Notes: a model not told the origin generated them from the letters alone. Shown: positions 31,047 to 43,149, counted from the stretch's first letter. The stretch is 64,000 bases of DNA from Epithemia pelagica (GCA_946965045.2 OX337236.1:620001-684000); one strand, 5' to 3'. Numbers and translations are program-made.

Positions 31047-32279
31047 TCAAAGTTCATTGAAATCCAATTCCAAATCTTTGAAAAAGTCATCGTCCATGGC
31101 GACATCTCCAATCAAGTCGTCGGCATTCATGGCCGTCATGGCGGCTTGGGTAATGGGATCGACTTCTTCGGCCGTGGGTGTATTCTTTTTGGAGGCAATG
31201 CCCTTTTTCTTGGGTTTGGCGTCGGTCGACGATTCCACCACCGCCTTTTCGTCCGCCTGTTGTTGCTGCTGTTGTTGTTTTTTGTTGCGTTTTTGTTGCT
31301 TCTTTTCCTTTTTTTCCAGGGATTCTCGTTTCTTTTGGGCCGCCTGTTCTTGTTCCAATTTTTGTTGGGCCAAGGCTTGTTGTTGGGCCTGCAAGTCTTG
31401 TTGCTTTAATTCTTGAATTTCGGCTGGTGTCAAAAACAATTCGGGATGATTGGTGGCCAAGGGATCGTCGACATCAAATTCCACTCCATCTGGTTGTTTC
31501 CCTCCATCGTCCATCCAGGGTTCGTAATCCACCACGACTTCTTCCACATCTTGCAAAATTTTGGTCGTGGAGGCCAAGGAGGGCAACTTGTTGCGTTTGG
31601 TTTGACTATTGCTGCCAGCAGTCGTACTAGTGGAATTGCCTTTTTCATCCTTTTGCAATTGTTCCATGAGTTGGGTAATTTCTTCTTCGACATCGGCCAC
31701 GGCCGTTCGGGGCGGAGCCACAGCCTTTTGTTCGCGGGCGGCAAAGCGTCGTTCCACGACGCGTTTCATTGGTGGTGTCAAGCCCGACGGATGATAGGAG
31801 GGAAATCCTTCCAAGGGTTTTTCTTCCGCTTCCTCCAAGGCATAATCATCTTCGTAGACAATCAACATTTGGGCCACATCTTGACACTTGTAATACTGGG
31901 CATGATCGACCGTTTTGTGAAGTTCCACCGGACAGGGTAAATTGACCAATTTGGCTGGATACGTGGCACCATCGCAGTGAAAATTCCACAAGGTCTTGTT
32001 GCGAGCCGTCGTGGGTTCACACGAGACGCCTTCCAAATCCCAAAACAAGTCGGATGCGGAGGACGACGACGCGGTGGTGGTGGGAGTCGTACTGCTGCCG
32101 CTCGTCGTGGCCGTGGTCGTCAATCGACTTCCTCCACCGCCCGACGACGGTGTGGGAGCCGTTCCCGAGGCGACCGAGTCTTCCAAATCTCTCATTTTTT
32201 CACGCAAGCGTTCCTCCAAGCGGGGTACCAAAATCCGTAACACCAAGGTCCGATCGCGAATGGGCGCTCGATCACTCAT
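31047..32279 (-). CDS. TAF7: TFIID subunit TAF7 (TAFII55 N-terminal domain), about 410 aa
   Basis: YPAKLVNLPCPVELHKT..YYKCQDVAQMLIV..SGLTPPM..V.ERRF; likely start MSDRAP at 32279. Confidence 0.9.
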   Translation of the reverse strand: MSDRAPIRDRTLVLRILVPRLEERLREKMRDLEDSVASGTAPTPSSGGGGSRLTTTATTSGSSTTPTTTASSSSASDLFWDLEGVSCEPTTARNKTLWNFHCDGATYPAKLVNLPCPVELHKTVDHAQYYKCQDVAQMLIVYEDDYALEEAEEKPLEGFPSYHPSGLTPPMKRVVERRFAAREQKAVAPPRTAVADVEEEITQLMEQLQKDEKGNSTSTTAGSNSQTKRNKLPSLASTTKILQDVEEVVVDYEPWMDDGGKQPDGVEFDVDDPLATNHPELFLTPAEIQELKQQDLQAQQQALAQQKLEQEQAAQKKRESLEKKEKKQQKRNKKQQQQQQQADEKAVVESSTDAKPKKKGIASKKNTPTAEEVDPITQAAMTAMNADDLIGDVAMDDDFFKDLELDFNEL

Positions 32280-33083
32280 GACGTTTCTGTTCCAGGTCAA
32301 ATAGTTTTGGTTTGATGTTTTTGCTGTTTGTCTTTTTGTCTTTTTGGCTTTTTGGATTCTAATCTCCTCTGCAAGATAGAGATTGGTGATCGTGGCTATA
32401 TATAGAGTGGAATGGATCAATCTCTCGTGTCGATGGGACCTTTCTCGAGTGTCTCGCCATCTTCTGGATGCTGCACCCACCACCCACGTTTCGCGCTGAG
32501 GTCGTGCCGACCATGGCACCCATTGCCATGCCACCGACCGTCCGTCCGTCCGTCCGTGGCGCGACTGGTGGTCGTGGTCCCACTATGTACACGTGTCCTC
32601 GCGCCTACCGGCACGTGTCTCACGAGTATTCTGCTTTAAGTATCTTACTTGTACTTTTCCTGTTTGTACTTACGAATACGAATAGACTACTACGCCAGCC
32701 ACGTGCCATTTGCGCGCCGTGACGACTCCTCTCTACTCGTAGTGATGCCCTATAGCAATGCCCCTATGAAAGTTAAGACCAAGACCAAAACGGAGGTGCG
32801 CCATACCAGTTTGTGGTCCCATTTTAGGGATTGATTCGTTCCGCAAAATGGATGCGTTAGAGGGAGTCGTTTTCAAGGACACGACAACAAAACAAAGACA
32901 ACAGAATCGAGTCAAGAGTATCATTGTTGTCGATCCGTTTGAGTAGTAGTAGTTCCGTGGGAACCAAACGCATTGATTGGAGAGGAGACAAACAGCCGAA
33001 GCAACAGCAGGAGCAGCAAACAAGAGATCTTTCTGCATCGTTGGCCAAAGTGAGCTAGGACGAGGACCCTATCCATCCGTATC

Positions 33084-36000
33084 ATGAGGGTGACGGCATT
33101 GGTGTCGTTGGTACAATGGTACATTGTGTCGTCCACGTGGGCAGCCGGTGGCGACGTGAATGCCCACTTGGCTTTGGCCGAAGACCCAGAGGCCTCGTTA
33201 GTGGACCACCAACAAGAGGACGACAAGGATGACAAGACGACCGCTGCGGACCAACCAGAATCGTTGTTGGAGGTGGGCCGTCGTCAATTGGACTGGATCC
33301 GATCCAAACCGAATGGCTTTGTCCATGAGCATTTTGACTTGCGACCCTACAATCCGGAGGATCCCAGTTCGCCCTTGGGCGTCTTTGCCGGCGCTGATTT
33401 GGCCAAGGGTGACTTGTTGTTTCGCGTGCCGCGCGAGTGTTTGATTGCCACCTACGACAATGATATTTGCGATACGGTGCAAGCCTTGGTGACGGAATTG
33501 GAATTGGGCAATGAATCGCGGTACGAACCCTACGTGTCTTATTTGCAACGACAAGCGCCGGGACAATTGCCCACGGCCTGGACCACGGCCGGTCAAGCCC
33601 TCTTGCAGTCCTTGTTGGGCGAGGGGGCCTTGCCACCCCGCGATGCCACGGCCGTCGACTGGGGCTGTCACAATGCCAATGATCCACCCCATGTCCAACA
33701 TGCGGCCATGTTGTTGATTCAACGGGGATGGGATGAATTGCTCATTCCCATTTATGACTTGTTGGGACATCGCAATGGCGAGTATTGGAGCAATACCAAC
33801 ATGGCACCGGGCGCTTCGGTACACGATCGGAGTCAACCAATCGAAGTGTTTGCCGCCCGCGATATTCGCCAGGGCGAAGAACTCTATGGTTCCTACGATC
33901 AATGCAATGATTGTGGCGGTCGGACCGATTCCTATGGCACGGCGGAAATTTTGCGCGATTATGGCTTTGTCGAAGACTATCCGCAAAAGTGGATCTTTCC
34001 CAAACAACGCATTTCCTTTTCGTTGGATTACACCTATACCAAGGACAGCAATGGGACAGTGGTGGAAATCCACACGGAGGATTTGCAACTGCATTGGCAT
34101 TCCGCTCCCCTCAAGGAACGTCATGTGCCCTTTTTTGCACAGCAAGTCGCACGCTTGATCGAATTTGGGCAAACAACCTTTTCGAGCCAAAACAAGCAGC
34201 ACGAATTGGGCATTCCGGATTTGGAATGGCGCTTGTTGGTTCAATATCATGCCGCACTCTTGACGGCCCTGCAAAAACTGGTCCAAGTCTCCTCGCCGAA
34301 ATCGAACCACGACAACAAAAAACCCAACACAACAAGTCCGGACCAGAGCCATAAGGATCGTCCTCACATGGTCGTTCCGAATCCTCGTCTCGAGTTGGAT
34401 CATGGACAACGTCAAGTGGACTGGGTCCGATCCATGGGGGGCTTTGTCAATAGCAAATTGGACATTCGACGAGCCAATCCCAACGATCCCACCTCCCCCT
34501 ACGGCGTCTATGCCACCCAAGAAATTGCCGCCCATGAACTGCTCCTGAGTATTCCCCGCGACTGCTTGATTACCAACCCCAATGACGATACCTGTGAATC
34601 CGTCGATATTTTGGCGCACGAATTTTACTTGGGTGACCACTCGCGCTTTGAACCCTACGTGACGTATCTGTTGGAAACCCAACCCTATGCCCAAGTCCCC
34701 GCCTTGTGGTCCCAACCCGCCAAACGATTGTTGCTTCGCATTGTCCTGGAAGGCAATATGGAGGATCTCGATGATGACGATTTGGATGACTTGATGGAGG
34801 AGGAGGATTTGCGCGTGGATTTGCCACCCCGACACTTGACGGATCCGGGATGGATTGGCTGTACCAAGTTTGAGGACCCCTCCACACCCCTGTTGCATCG
34901 CCATGCGGCCATGCTATCGCATCAACGAGGATGGGATGAAGTCATGATTCCCGTCTTTGATCTCATGAATCATCACAATGGACGTCAGTTTTTGAATACC
35001 CAGGAAAGTCATTCCATTCATGATACCAGCCAGGATGTGGAGGTGGAAACGACGCGCGTCATTGCGGCAGGAGAAGAATTGTATACCACCTACGATGGTT
35101 GTACCGATTGTGGCCGACGCACCTTTACCTATGGGACGGCCGAACTCTTTCGCGATTATGGCTTTGTCGAAGCCATGCCACAAAAATGGCTCTTTCCCCA
35201 ACACAAGATGCGCTTCACCTTGGATTACAAGTACGAACGTGACGGTTCCGTCCTGGACCCGAACGATTTGCAATTGCAATGGTTGGGCCGCGATCGTCCG
35301 GGACCCAATGCCCGCGAATTTTTGGAAGATCATGTCGAACGATTGCAAGACTTGCAAGCCACGGCATTGTCCTCCTTGGACTTGTATCCCACTCTGCCGC
35401 AATTTGAATGGGACTCCATTCGAGAATACCATGGCGCCTTGTTGACTGCTCTGAAAACGGCCCTTCAAGTTTTGGATCAAGAAGAACAAGCCGCTACCGG
35501 CGAAACCTGTCCCGATGGCAGCGATTCCTGTCAAGCGTCCGTGTCCAATGGCCGATACCATGCCTTGGACGAAATGTTTGACGACGAAGGTTACAATTCC
35601 TACGTGTGCAAGGTCGATTGGAGTTTTCCCACCTACGATCGCGTGGCGAAATGGAAATCGCAATATCAAAAAATCTTTTTTGTCGAAGACCCGCAAACGC
35701 ACGATGTCTGTTTTGAATTGGACAGTACCTATCAAATTTGTGGCTGTTATCGACCGCATTACCACGAAATGGGGACCCATTATCCCGCCAGTTTCTTGCC
35801 CCAACTCAAACGTGTCTTGTGGGTGGGTGGTGGAGATTCCATGTTGTTGCATGAAATTATCAAGTACAATCCCTCCTTGGAATTGGCCATTGGATTGGAA
35901 TTGGATCAAAAGGTAACGCGTGGTAGTTTCAAGTACTTTGGAACACAACCGCATTGGGACCGTCATGACAAGGTCCAGTGGTGGTATGGGGATGCGGCCA

Positions 36001-38024
36001 AGAGTCTCCTCATGCTCCCCAAGGAATGGTTTGGTACCTTTGACTTGGTCCTGGTCGATTTGAGTGAAACTGTCATGAGCAACTCGGTCACCAAGGAACT
36101 CGACATTATGGCCGCCCTTTCCTTGCTTCTCAAACCCGATGGTATCTTTATGAAGAATGAAATTTATTTTGATCATTTGCACGACCTGTTCAAGTACAGT
36201 ATGCATCTGCATGTGTACGATGTTCCCGTCTTGTGCTCGCAATCCTTCATCTTTGGAAGCAACTCGATTGACTTTATGAAACAAAAACTTACCAATCACG
36301 GAACCAAGGACAATCTTGTGTTCAAGCCCATTGACGAGCTTGACAATCGATACTTTGAAGTGCACGAGTATGGAATGAACCCGTATCCGGCTCGTCATTG
36401 TACCGATGAAGCCAATGAACCCGAACCCCAAGAACAAGAAAGCAGTCCGGGTATTCTCATGATCTTGGAAGCCGAGAACGTTGCATTCAAAGGTTTGGCG
36501 TCGATTAATAAAGTATCCAAGCTCGTGGAAAAGACATTAAAGAAGGATGGTCTTACCGTTGTTTCCTCCTTCACGTCCGAATCGGCAGCCACTGTAGTGT
36601 TGGAGGAAGGATATGTGATTGCCCGTACCTGGCCAGAGAATAATTATTGTGCCTTTGACCTTCACTTGTGGAGCAGCTTTGCCAAGATGGAAACCATCAA
36701 GAATTCCTTGATTGAAGCCATGGGCAGCAGTGGACCTCAGTCTTCGTCAGCCTTCCGTATCGTCGCAGGTGGTATGTATGGAATTGGCACATGGAAGAGT
36801 GACAGCACAAGCCGTGGACCCAAGTTGCCGCAATGCGAAAAGGTTGAAGAGGGCCCCCAACGGACCATTCCCATGGACGACAGTCTTGTCCGATCTGTGG
36901 TAAAGGAAAGTTTGGAGTTGGTCATGGAAGAAAATGTCGTGGCCACTGTTCTTTGTGGACCTGAGAGTAGCACCGGGTGTAGCAGCATTGAAGTTGCATC
37001 GCAGCATGCCAAGGTTGCCAAGGTTGTTCCTTTGTGGACCTGCGACGATATTGCGGGCGGAGTGGAGTTCCAACAAGACAGTGGCACTCGCAAGTTTGCT
37101 TGTGAAAAAGAAATGATCAAGACTCTCGAAGACATTGCGTCTGCCAAGAAAAATGTCGGTGTCGTGATTGTCGACCCAAGTACCGAATATGCCATGGCTC
37201 AAATTATGTACAAGATTGCGTCTCGCGGCAAGTACAAGAAAATGTTTTCCGACAACCTTTTGGTATTGGCTCCCATCCTGGACAGTGAACGTGATGGATG
37301 GCGTCGCGTCTTTGTGGACCATTTCCGTGAAATTTATCACCAAATGCCCCTGTTCCGCTCCGAGGTGCTGTACAATACCACTTCAAGTAGTTTGGAAATG
37401 GAAACATTTTTGGCTGGAGACGAGACGTTCATTCAACGTGTGAATGATGTCACCACCGCTGTGGAAGAAAGCACGGGCTTGGTTGGTGAGACCCGCATGT
37501 TTGAGGGTGGGCGTTTCCGTACGGTCAAGAACCCCAATCCCAAAGTGTTTGCTTTGCCAGGCGACTACGACCAAAGTGGCCCCTTTGAGCAGTGGACCAC
37601 TCAACAGGCCTTGGCACAACAGACTGTCTTCCAGTTTGAGGTATCCAAGGTAGAAGGAAAGGAATCGATCCAAACAATATTGGATTCGGTACTTGACAAG
37701 ATGGCGATTAAAACCAATGATGCTGCTCGCGGATTTATGGATATTGGTGATGGCTGTGTCGTCTTTAGTGAGCTAAAGGGAGGAAGTGTTGTCGTACTGT
37801 GGGATGGACAAGCCAACATTACCGTCAATCTTTTCCAATTCCAACAGGGCGCCGGATTCTTTACCAAATTCGCCGACGAGTTTGCCAAGACGTCCCCCTT
37901 TACGAAATTGATGCTCCGAGACGAAATGCCACGTGGCTATGGACGCGTGGTCAATTTCTCCCAGGATATTGGAGAACGTCTCGATCCCACCTGGTCCTTG
38001 AGTGTGGTCAAGAGCGTGAAGTAG
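33084..38024 (+). CDS. Secreted fusion of two LSMT-type SET domains, a spermidine-synthase-like aminopropyltransferase and degenerate AdoMetDC-like domain(s); putative long-chain polyamine synthase/methylase, 1646 aa
   Basis: Signal peptide; PIYDLLGH..ELYGSY..RDYGF and IPVFDLMNH..ELYTTY..RDYGF; KRVLWVGGGDS, ELDQKV, DLVLVDLSE; VVLEEGYVIARTWPENNYCAFDL. Confidence 0.88.
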   Translation: MRVTALVSLVQWYIVSSTWAAGGDVNAHLALAEDPEASLVDHQQEDDKDDKTTAADQPESLLEVGRRQLDWIRSKPNGFVHEHFDLRPYNPEDPSSPLGVFAGADLAKGDLLFRVPRECLIATYDNDICDTVQALVTELELGNESRYEPYVSYLQRQAPGQLPTAWTTAGQALLQSLLGEGALPPRDATAVDWGCHNANDPPHVQHAAMLLIQRGWDELLIPIYDLLGHRNGEYWSNTNMAPGASVHDRSQPIEVFAARDIRQGEELYGSYDQCNDCGGRTDSYGTAEILRDYGFVEDYPQKWIFPKQRISFSLDYTYTKDSNGTVVEIHTEDLQLHWHSAPLKERHVPFFAQQVARLIEFGQTTFSSQNKQHELGIPDLEWRLLVQYHAALLTALQKLVQVSSPKSNHDNKKPNTTSPDQSHKDRPHMVVPNPRLELDHGQRQVDWVRSMGGFVNSKLDIRRANPNDPTSPYGVYATQEIAAHELLLSIPRDCLITNPNDDTCESVDILAHEFYLGDHSRFEPYVTYLLETQPYAQVPALWSQPAKRLLLRIVLEGNMEDLDDDDLDDLMEEEDLRVDLPPRHLTDPGWIGCTKFEDPSTPLLHRHAAMLSHQRGWDEVMIPVFDLMNHHNGRQFLNTQESHSIHDTSQDVEVETTRVIAAGEELYTTYDGCTDCGRRTFTYGTAELFRDYGFVEAMPQKWLFPQHKMRFTLDYKYERDGSVLDPNDLQLQWLGRDRPGPNAREFLEDHVERLQDLQATALSSLDLYPTLPQFEWDSIREYHGALLTALKTALQVLDQEEQAATGETCPDGSDSCQASVSNGRYHALDEMFDDEGYNSYVCKVDWSFPTYDRVAKWKSQYQKIFFVEDPQTHDVCFELDSTYQICGCYRPHYHEMGTHYPASFLPQLKRVLWVGGGDSMLLHEIIKYNPSLELAIGLELDQKVTRGSFKYFGTQPHWDRHDKVQWWYGDAAKSLLMLPKEWFGTFDLVLVDLSETVMSNSVTKELDIMAALSLLLKPDGIFMKNEIYFDHLHDLFKYSMHLHVYDVPVLCSQSFIFGSNSIDFMKQKLTNHGTKDNLVFKPIDELDNRYFEVHEYGMNPYPARHCTDEANEPEPQEQESSPGILMILEAENVAFKGLASINKVSKLVEKTLKKDGLTVVSSFTSESAATVVLEEGYVIARTWPENNYCAFDLHLWSSFAKMETIKNSLIEAMGSSGPQSSSAFRIVAGGMYGIGTWKSDSTSRGPKLPQCEKVEEGPQRTIPMDDSLVRSVVKESLELVMEENVVATVLCGPESSTGCSSIEVASQHAKVAKVVPLWTCDDIAGGVEFQQDSGTRKFACEKEMIKTLEDIASAKKNVGVVIVDPSTEYAMAQIMYKIASRGKYKKMFSDNLLVLAPILDSERDGWRRVFVDHFREIYHQMPLFRSEVLYNTTSSSLEMETFLAGDETFIQRVNDVTTAVEESTGLVGETRMFEGGRFRTVKNPNPKVFALPGDYDQSGPFEQWTTQQALAQQTVFQFEVSKVEGKESIQTILDSVLDKMAIKTNDAARGFMDIGDGCVVFSELKGGSVVVLWDGQANITVNLFQFQQGAGFFTKFADEFAKTSPFTKLMLRDEMPRGYGRVVNFSQDIGERLDPTWSLSVVKSVK

Positions 38025-38783
38025 GAGTGAAACGAGTGGGAAGGTCATTCAATCATGGGAAAACAAACAGGACGGGGTGCACGTAGAGAACCGGAAATGC
38101 ACGACAACCATGGATGGTACACCTAGTCCATCTCCAAAAAGAAAAATCAAACTACCTAGAAACTAAAAAGTGTTATATGTAACCGTATAGGGCCTTGCCC
38201 TTAGACTTGAGGACAGGAAACGAAAAAATTCGAATGCGGCAATTACCACGATACGATGTAGTATAGAGGTCGCCAATGCATTTGAGTTGTAGCACCATTG
38301 ATAGATTTTGTTTTGCGAAGTACCTTTTTCATCCTGATGACACTTCATTTGCACCAGCTATCTAGCCGACAAGGTAGCTAGCAATAGTCTAGCTAGTCTA
38401 TTTGCCGCAGCACAAGGCAGATTGTCCCCTCTAAATTAAGGCACCTAAGTTTTGCCTATCGAAAATAGAAACCACCAAAGTTTAGGTAGACCGACTGCTA
38501 CCATACAATCATCACCTCCCAGCGAGGTTGCCTTCTATTCTGTAATTAGATACTAGAACTATCTCGCTGGGGGTTGTTGTATTCATGAAAAACCTTTTTA
38601 CAATCATCCGTGGCATATTATTGCTACAAATGCGATTTGTTGGAAAGAGGAACAAATTGTTACGACAATGCGTCGAGAAACCGTTTCTTGCCCACTTCAT
38701 GATAATGGAGTGATGAGTTACGCTCATGAAATTGCAAATTCAATCGCAAAAACAAGCCACCACCACCATCTTCTTCTTTTACC

Positions 38784-39551
38784 ATGTTGGTTTCCCTAGT
38801 TGCCGTGTTCTTTTTCACTGTCGTTGCACCGATGTCCACCGTCGTTGTTACCGCGGAGATTCAAGGCAACGTCACCAGGGCGGAAATCACTAACAAGGCC
38901 GAATGTTCCGTTTCTCGCGCTACATGTAGGACCTGTACTACGGGCGGCCACAATAGCCGCCCGCTACGTCGCACCGCCGTCCGATGAAATGGTGGTGTCC
39001 GCGGCGCGCGTCGTCGCGATCTTTCGAGCGACGGCAACAAAAAGAGAGTTTTGAAGGGCTCGAAGAAGGACTCGAAGAAGGGCTCCGATGAGGGCACGGA
39101 CTCGGACAGAGGTCTGGCTGGAAAACAGGTTGAAGGAACATTGCAATTTGATTTCACAGAGGAAAAAAACTCTTTCGACCCCTCCAACGGCAACGTTCCG
39201 GCAAATGCAGGTCCCCAGCCTTTGACTGTTGTGAGTGATCCTGATGTCCAGGGCTTTGTGGAATTCGAATTTTTTGATACATTTTCTGGCCTTTTGGTGG
39301 ATATCGATGACACCAATATTACCATCCAGCAACCCATTGTCGATGATACTGGAAATGCCAACTCGTGGGAGATTATCTTGGATTTTGAAGATTTAGACAA
39401 GATTAAGGATGTGATTATTGTTTCCGATACATTTGACGGTGGAGTTACGGTCAGTTTCACCGACACGACCATCACCATCTTGTCTCCGGATGTTGATTTT
39501 TTTCTTGACGGTAACGACGAAGTCACCCTTGCCGTTGCAGTTGGAAATTAA
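38784..39551 (+). pseudogene. Secreted protein (signal peptide, RxL-KxxK stretch, acidic beta-rich domain) interrupted by an in-frame TGA at 38985-38987
   Basis: ORFs 38784 and 39051 share a frame and only one TGA separates them (GTC CGA TGA AAT GGT). Confidence 0.6.
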
Positions 39552-39758
39552 ATAGAGTGAGAAGTGAAAAGTAAGTTCGAAGACACGAGGAAGACAAAGA
39601 GTGGATAACATCTTATATCGAAGCGAGAGAGAGAGAGACAGAGAGAGGCCATGAAAGATAGATTGATAAAAAGAATGATGCCGGCCATTCCAATATTGCG
39701 TCATAAACACAAGACTACAATAAATACAGTGTCTATTATCCAGCAGTACGTTGTACCT

Positions 39759-40142
39759 TCATATAGGACAATTAAAGACCGGTGTCGCGGCTGGGCAATT
39801 TTTCCAAGTTTCTGGTTCGTTTGTCGTCAGGACACCACCAAGGGAAGAAGAGGAGGAGGAAATCAAGGGAGCCGTAGCTGTGTTAGTGTGAGTCGTCGTT
39901 GTTGTGGTTGACAGAGGATCACCTTCGGATAGGGTGTGGTGGGTGATGGACGGTGCCAGGAGCATGGTGGAAGCAGCAGCGACCACATCGGCAGAAGGTG
40001 GGAGAGGACCCATGGTGGACGACTCCTCTTGCACAGCATCATGGACGAGCTCTTCTTCTTCGGAGGGTGGCAAGACGCCCAATCCCTCCAAAGACGGTGG
40101 AGGAGGAGGGGACGGAAGGATCATCGTGTCTGTGGAGGACAT
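39759..40142 (-). CDS. Short low-complexity (P/S/T-rich) ORF, possibly a gene fragment
   Basis: ATG start and N-terminus-like composition; no recognisable domain. Confidence 0.25.
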   Translation of the reverse strand: MSSTDTMILPSPPPPPSLEGLGVLPPSEEEELVHDAVQEESSTMGPLPPSADVVAAASTMLLAPSITHHTLSEGDPLSTTTTTTHTNTATAPLISSSSSSLGGVLTTNEPETWKNCPAATPVFNCPI

Positions 40143-40627
40143 GGATCACAAATACAGGTGATCAAAACATGGAACCGAAAACGACAAAGAGTGTAGGATA
40201 TTTCACCACACACGGTTGCAACTATCATGAAGGAGGAGGGGAAAAGGCATGTTGTGAGTGATCATCATGCAAGAAGGATCAACCATATTATGTATCGAAC
40301 TCAGAACTCGGGTACGTTCGCATCCTCGCACAATCACACAGTTTGTGTATCTCGTCTCTCCTTGGAACCTCGGCAAGAATTAAAAATGAGAGATCGGAGG
40401 ATGTTGCCCTCACTGCCGCTCGCCTGACGTGTGTACTGCATAATAGTCTATACTCAACGGATATCTAAAACCATTTCGAATATTGCCCCAAATGATGGCA
40501 CGCTCTCTTTTCTTCGCTGATTGCTTCCTTCACTTTTTGTGTCAACAGAAGCAAACCATCGGGTTGTGTGGGTTGTGGCTGAAGTACAATCTATCAATCA
40601 CGTCTGTAAAAGAAGCAAAAGCAAAGG

Positions 40628-42830
40628 ATGGGAAGACCCACCCATCGATTGCTCGTACGTGTTGTTGGTTTACTCGTCGTCGTATCAATTCTATCGTCCT
40701 ATGAGTACCTATACAGAACCAGGGGATTGGTTCAATCTAGATCCAGTCTGCAAGCAAGCAACTCGCGAGAACATCTCGAGGCACATAAAGGGCACAAAAA
40801 GGGTTTTACAAAGGATACTGTGGACAGTTTGTTGGAACAGTTTGACGTGGCAAGAAACAAGTTCCTGGACCAATTGGCGATGGATTATGGACCCGAAAAT
40901 GTTCCTCTCTTGTTCCAGGAGAATACAACAACAACAGCCAATGGAACGACGACACGGTCTGTGACACGGTCCGTCTTTCAAGCCTCTCCACTCTCTTGGG
41001 GTCGCTTGACACGCAAGGTGGCCCGCAAAATCCTCCAAGCACTCCTGTCACAAACACCGCAACCCTTTACATGGGACGGCTGCACATGGCAATTTCGTTC
41101 ACGAATCCTTCACCGCCATATTGGATCAGGGTGCCCGTCCCCTGTTCCAAGCCGCCGGATTGGACTTTCGGGCCATAAACTTTGGCATGGGCGGGGCCTC
41201 CAGTGGTATGGACATTGCCAGTTGTACCAAGGAAATTTTTGGAACAAATGTCGATGCCTTGTTGTGGAACTACGGAATGACGACCACGGTAAGAGAAGGA
41301 CAAATCAACGAGACTGGTGTAAAACTCGTGTCCAGAGACTTGTGTCTCATGGCTGATGCATGGACTCTCACTGTGTGATCCTCTCGCCGGCTTGATATAG
41401 GGTTCCCATGACCACGGAAAGGTGGAATTGTTTTTTCATCGGGCGTCCTTGCTTCCTTCTCGGCCTGCATTAATGGGAATGGAAATGCGAGACTCGTGGC
41501 AAGAAATTCTAGAAAGCATGGAACCATTGGGTCCCGCCACTGTTGTCATGGATCCCGATCCAGTGTTCCAGGCCATTCCCGACACGTTGGGGAAAACAAT
41601 GGAACAAATTGCGCAAATGCCACCTTTGATTCGCTCCTTGAAATGTGGCAAGGGGATCGAAAAAGGAGAACCCAGGTGTTCGCACGAGAAATTTACCAAA
41701 CTGGACGACCTTCCCGACAATAATGCATGCAATGATCGGGATGGGAAAACGTCCTGGCATCCTGGTTGGTACGTGCGGTTGTCTTGAACTGCCTTGTCGT
41801 TTGTATATGGTTTGTGCACAGGAGCAACTCATTTTGTAAACCCTCAATTTTGGTAGGAAATGGCATGCCCTGCATGGCAATCTACTGACCCTGTTTTGGA
41901 TGGAGATTCTCTGTGACGCGCTACATTGGATTCATCATCACCACCAACAACAACAATCTGCAGGGGTTTTGGAACAGGACCACCTGCAACTCCTCGTGAC
42001 TCATCTCGAAAACCTGGAAGAAGACGAGTATCGACCCTTGACAACCAACCGCAATGCCAGTCATGTTCAGTTTGTCGACCCAGCTTTGGATGCCATTTCC
42101 GACATTGCCAAGGAACTGATTTATTGGAATCCCAATCTGTGCCATACTGCGCGACTGCCCTCCGACATTCGATCTCGGGGACTCTTATTGGTTGAATCGG
42201 AACTCCCGAGAGGGGATCGATACGACGACGACGACGACGAGAAGATTTATGACAATCAAGGAGTGGATCTGGCCCAAGTACGCTGGACGAAAAACACGCG
42301 TATGCCCTTGACCAGTGATCGAGGACAGTACCTCGAAAACTGTCACGACGTTCGGACACGAATCGACTATGAAGACTTTTTTGTCGTGAATAGTGTGGAT
42401 TGGTCTAGGTACATTGCTTCTCCCGAATCCATTGGAGAAATCTCATTACCTGGATACTACCACTGCCCCAACAGCCTGGAAGGGATACATTGCAATCTGC
42501 CTGGCGTCGTGTCGAGGTTGGCACTGTGGCAAAGGAGTCGTCAATTTACGGCATCTCACAAACGACAACAACAATCATCACGAGAAGAATCACCACAACA
42601 ACAACAAAAATAATAATAATACCAGGTTGGCCATGACAGTCAATGGCATTCCGGTGGAGGGATATTCGCCATTTGGTGGCAATCGTCCAAGTGAACATGG
42701 GTGTGTCTTTTTGAAAAATTCGGCCGGGGGACATGAATGGATGCCGAATGACCAAGGACGATATGAACTTGGGGCCAAGACACTGCATGCCGAGGACCAT
42801 GTTCGTCTCGTGTCCATTGTGATATGGTGA
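40628..42830 (+). pseudogene. Type II membrane SGNH/GDSL-like hydrolase relic; introns 41289-41400 and 41769-41856; frameshifts near 41075 and 42410
   Basis: TM LLVRVVGLLVVVSIL; blocks AAHGNF, FRAINFGMGG, WNYGMT and HPGWKWH (formed across intron 2). The catalytic GGHS block expected after PFTW is missing. Confidence 0.7.
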
Positions 42831-43149
42831 CGATCCAGAAACTAGAGATGATTTGGGAGTAATGGCATCGTGAGATCTACTCCTACTTTATAGACCACTC
42901 GGGTCTTGTATTGTACCTTATACTCTTTCAAATGGAGTTGTGGTACCATTTTATGCATTCCTAGAGAAGGCTTCTGTACGTAGTCTCTGTAGAGGGATGA
43001 TAGATACTACATTAGACATGACATGGGATTATAGGCTTCCTACAATGTTAGGTAGAGCGACTCTACTCGGGACTCGGGAGTTAGATCGCCACGTATCCGG
43101 GACTGACATCTGTGGTGTGGTCCTCCATCCATCAAAATCCAAGAGACAT

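Noticed and set aside
33198-36437. Long - strand ORFs (568 and 507 aa) antisense to the polyamine fusion gene
   Set aside because: Same shadow effect; no recognisable domains.
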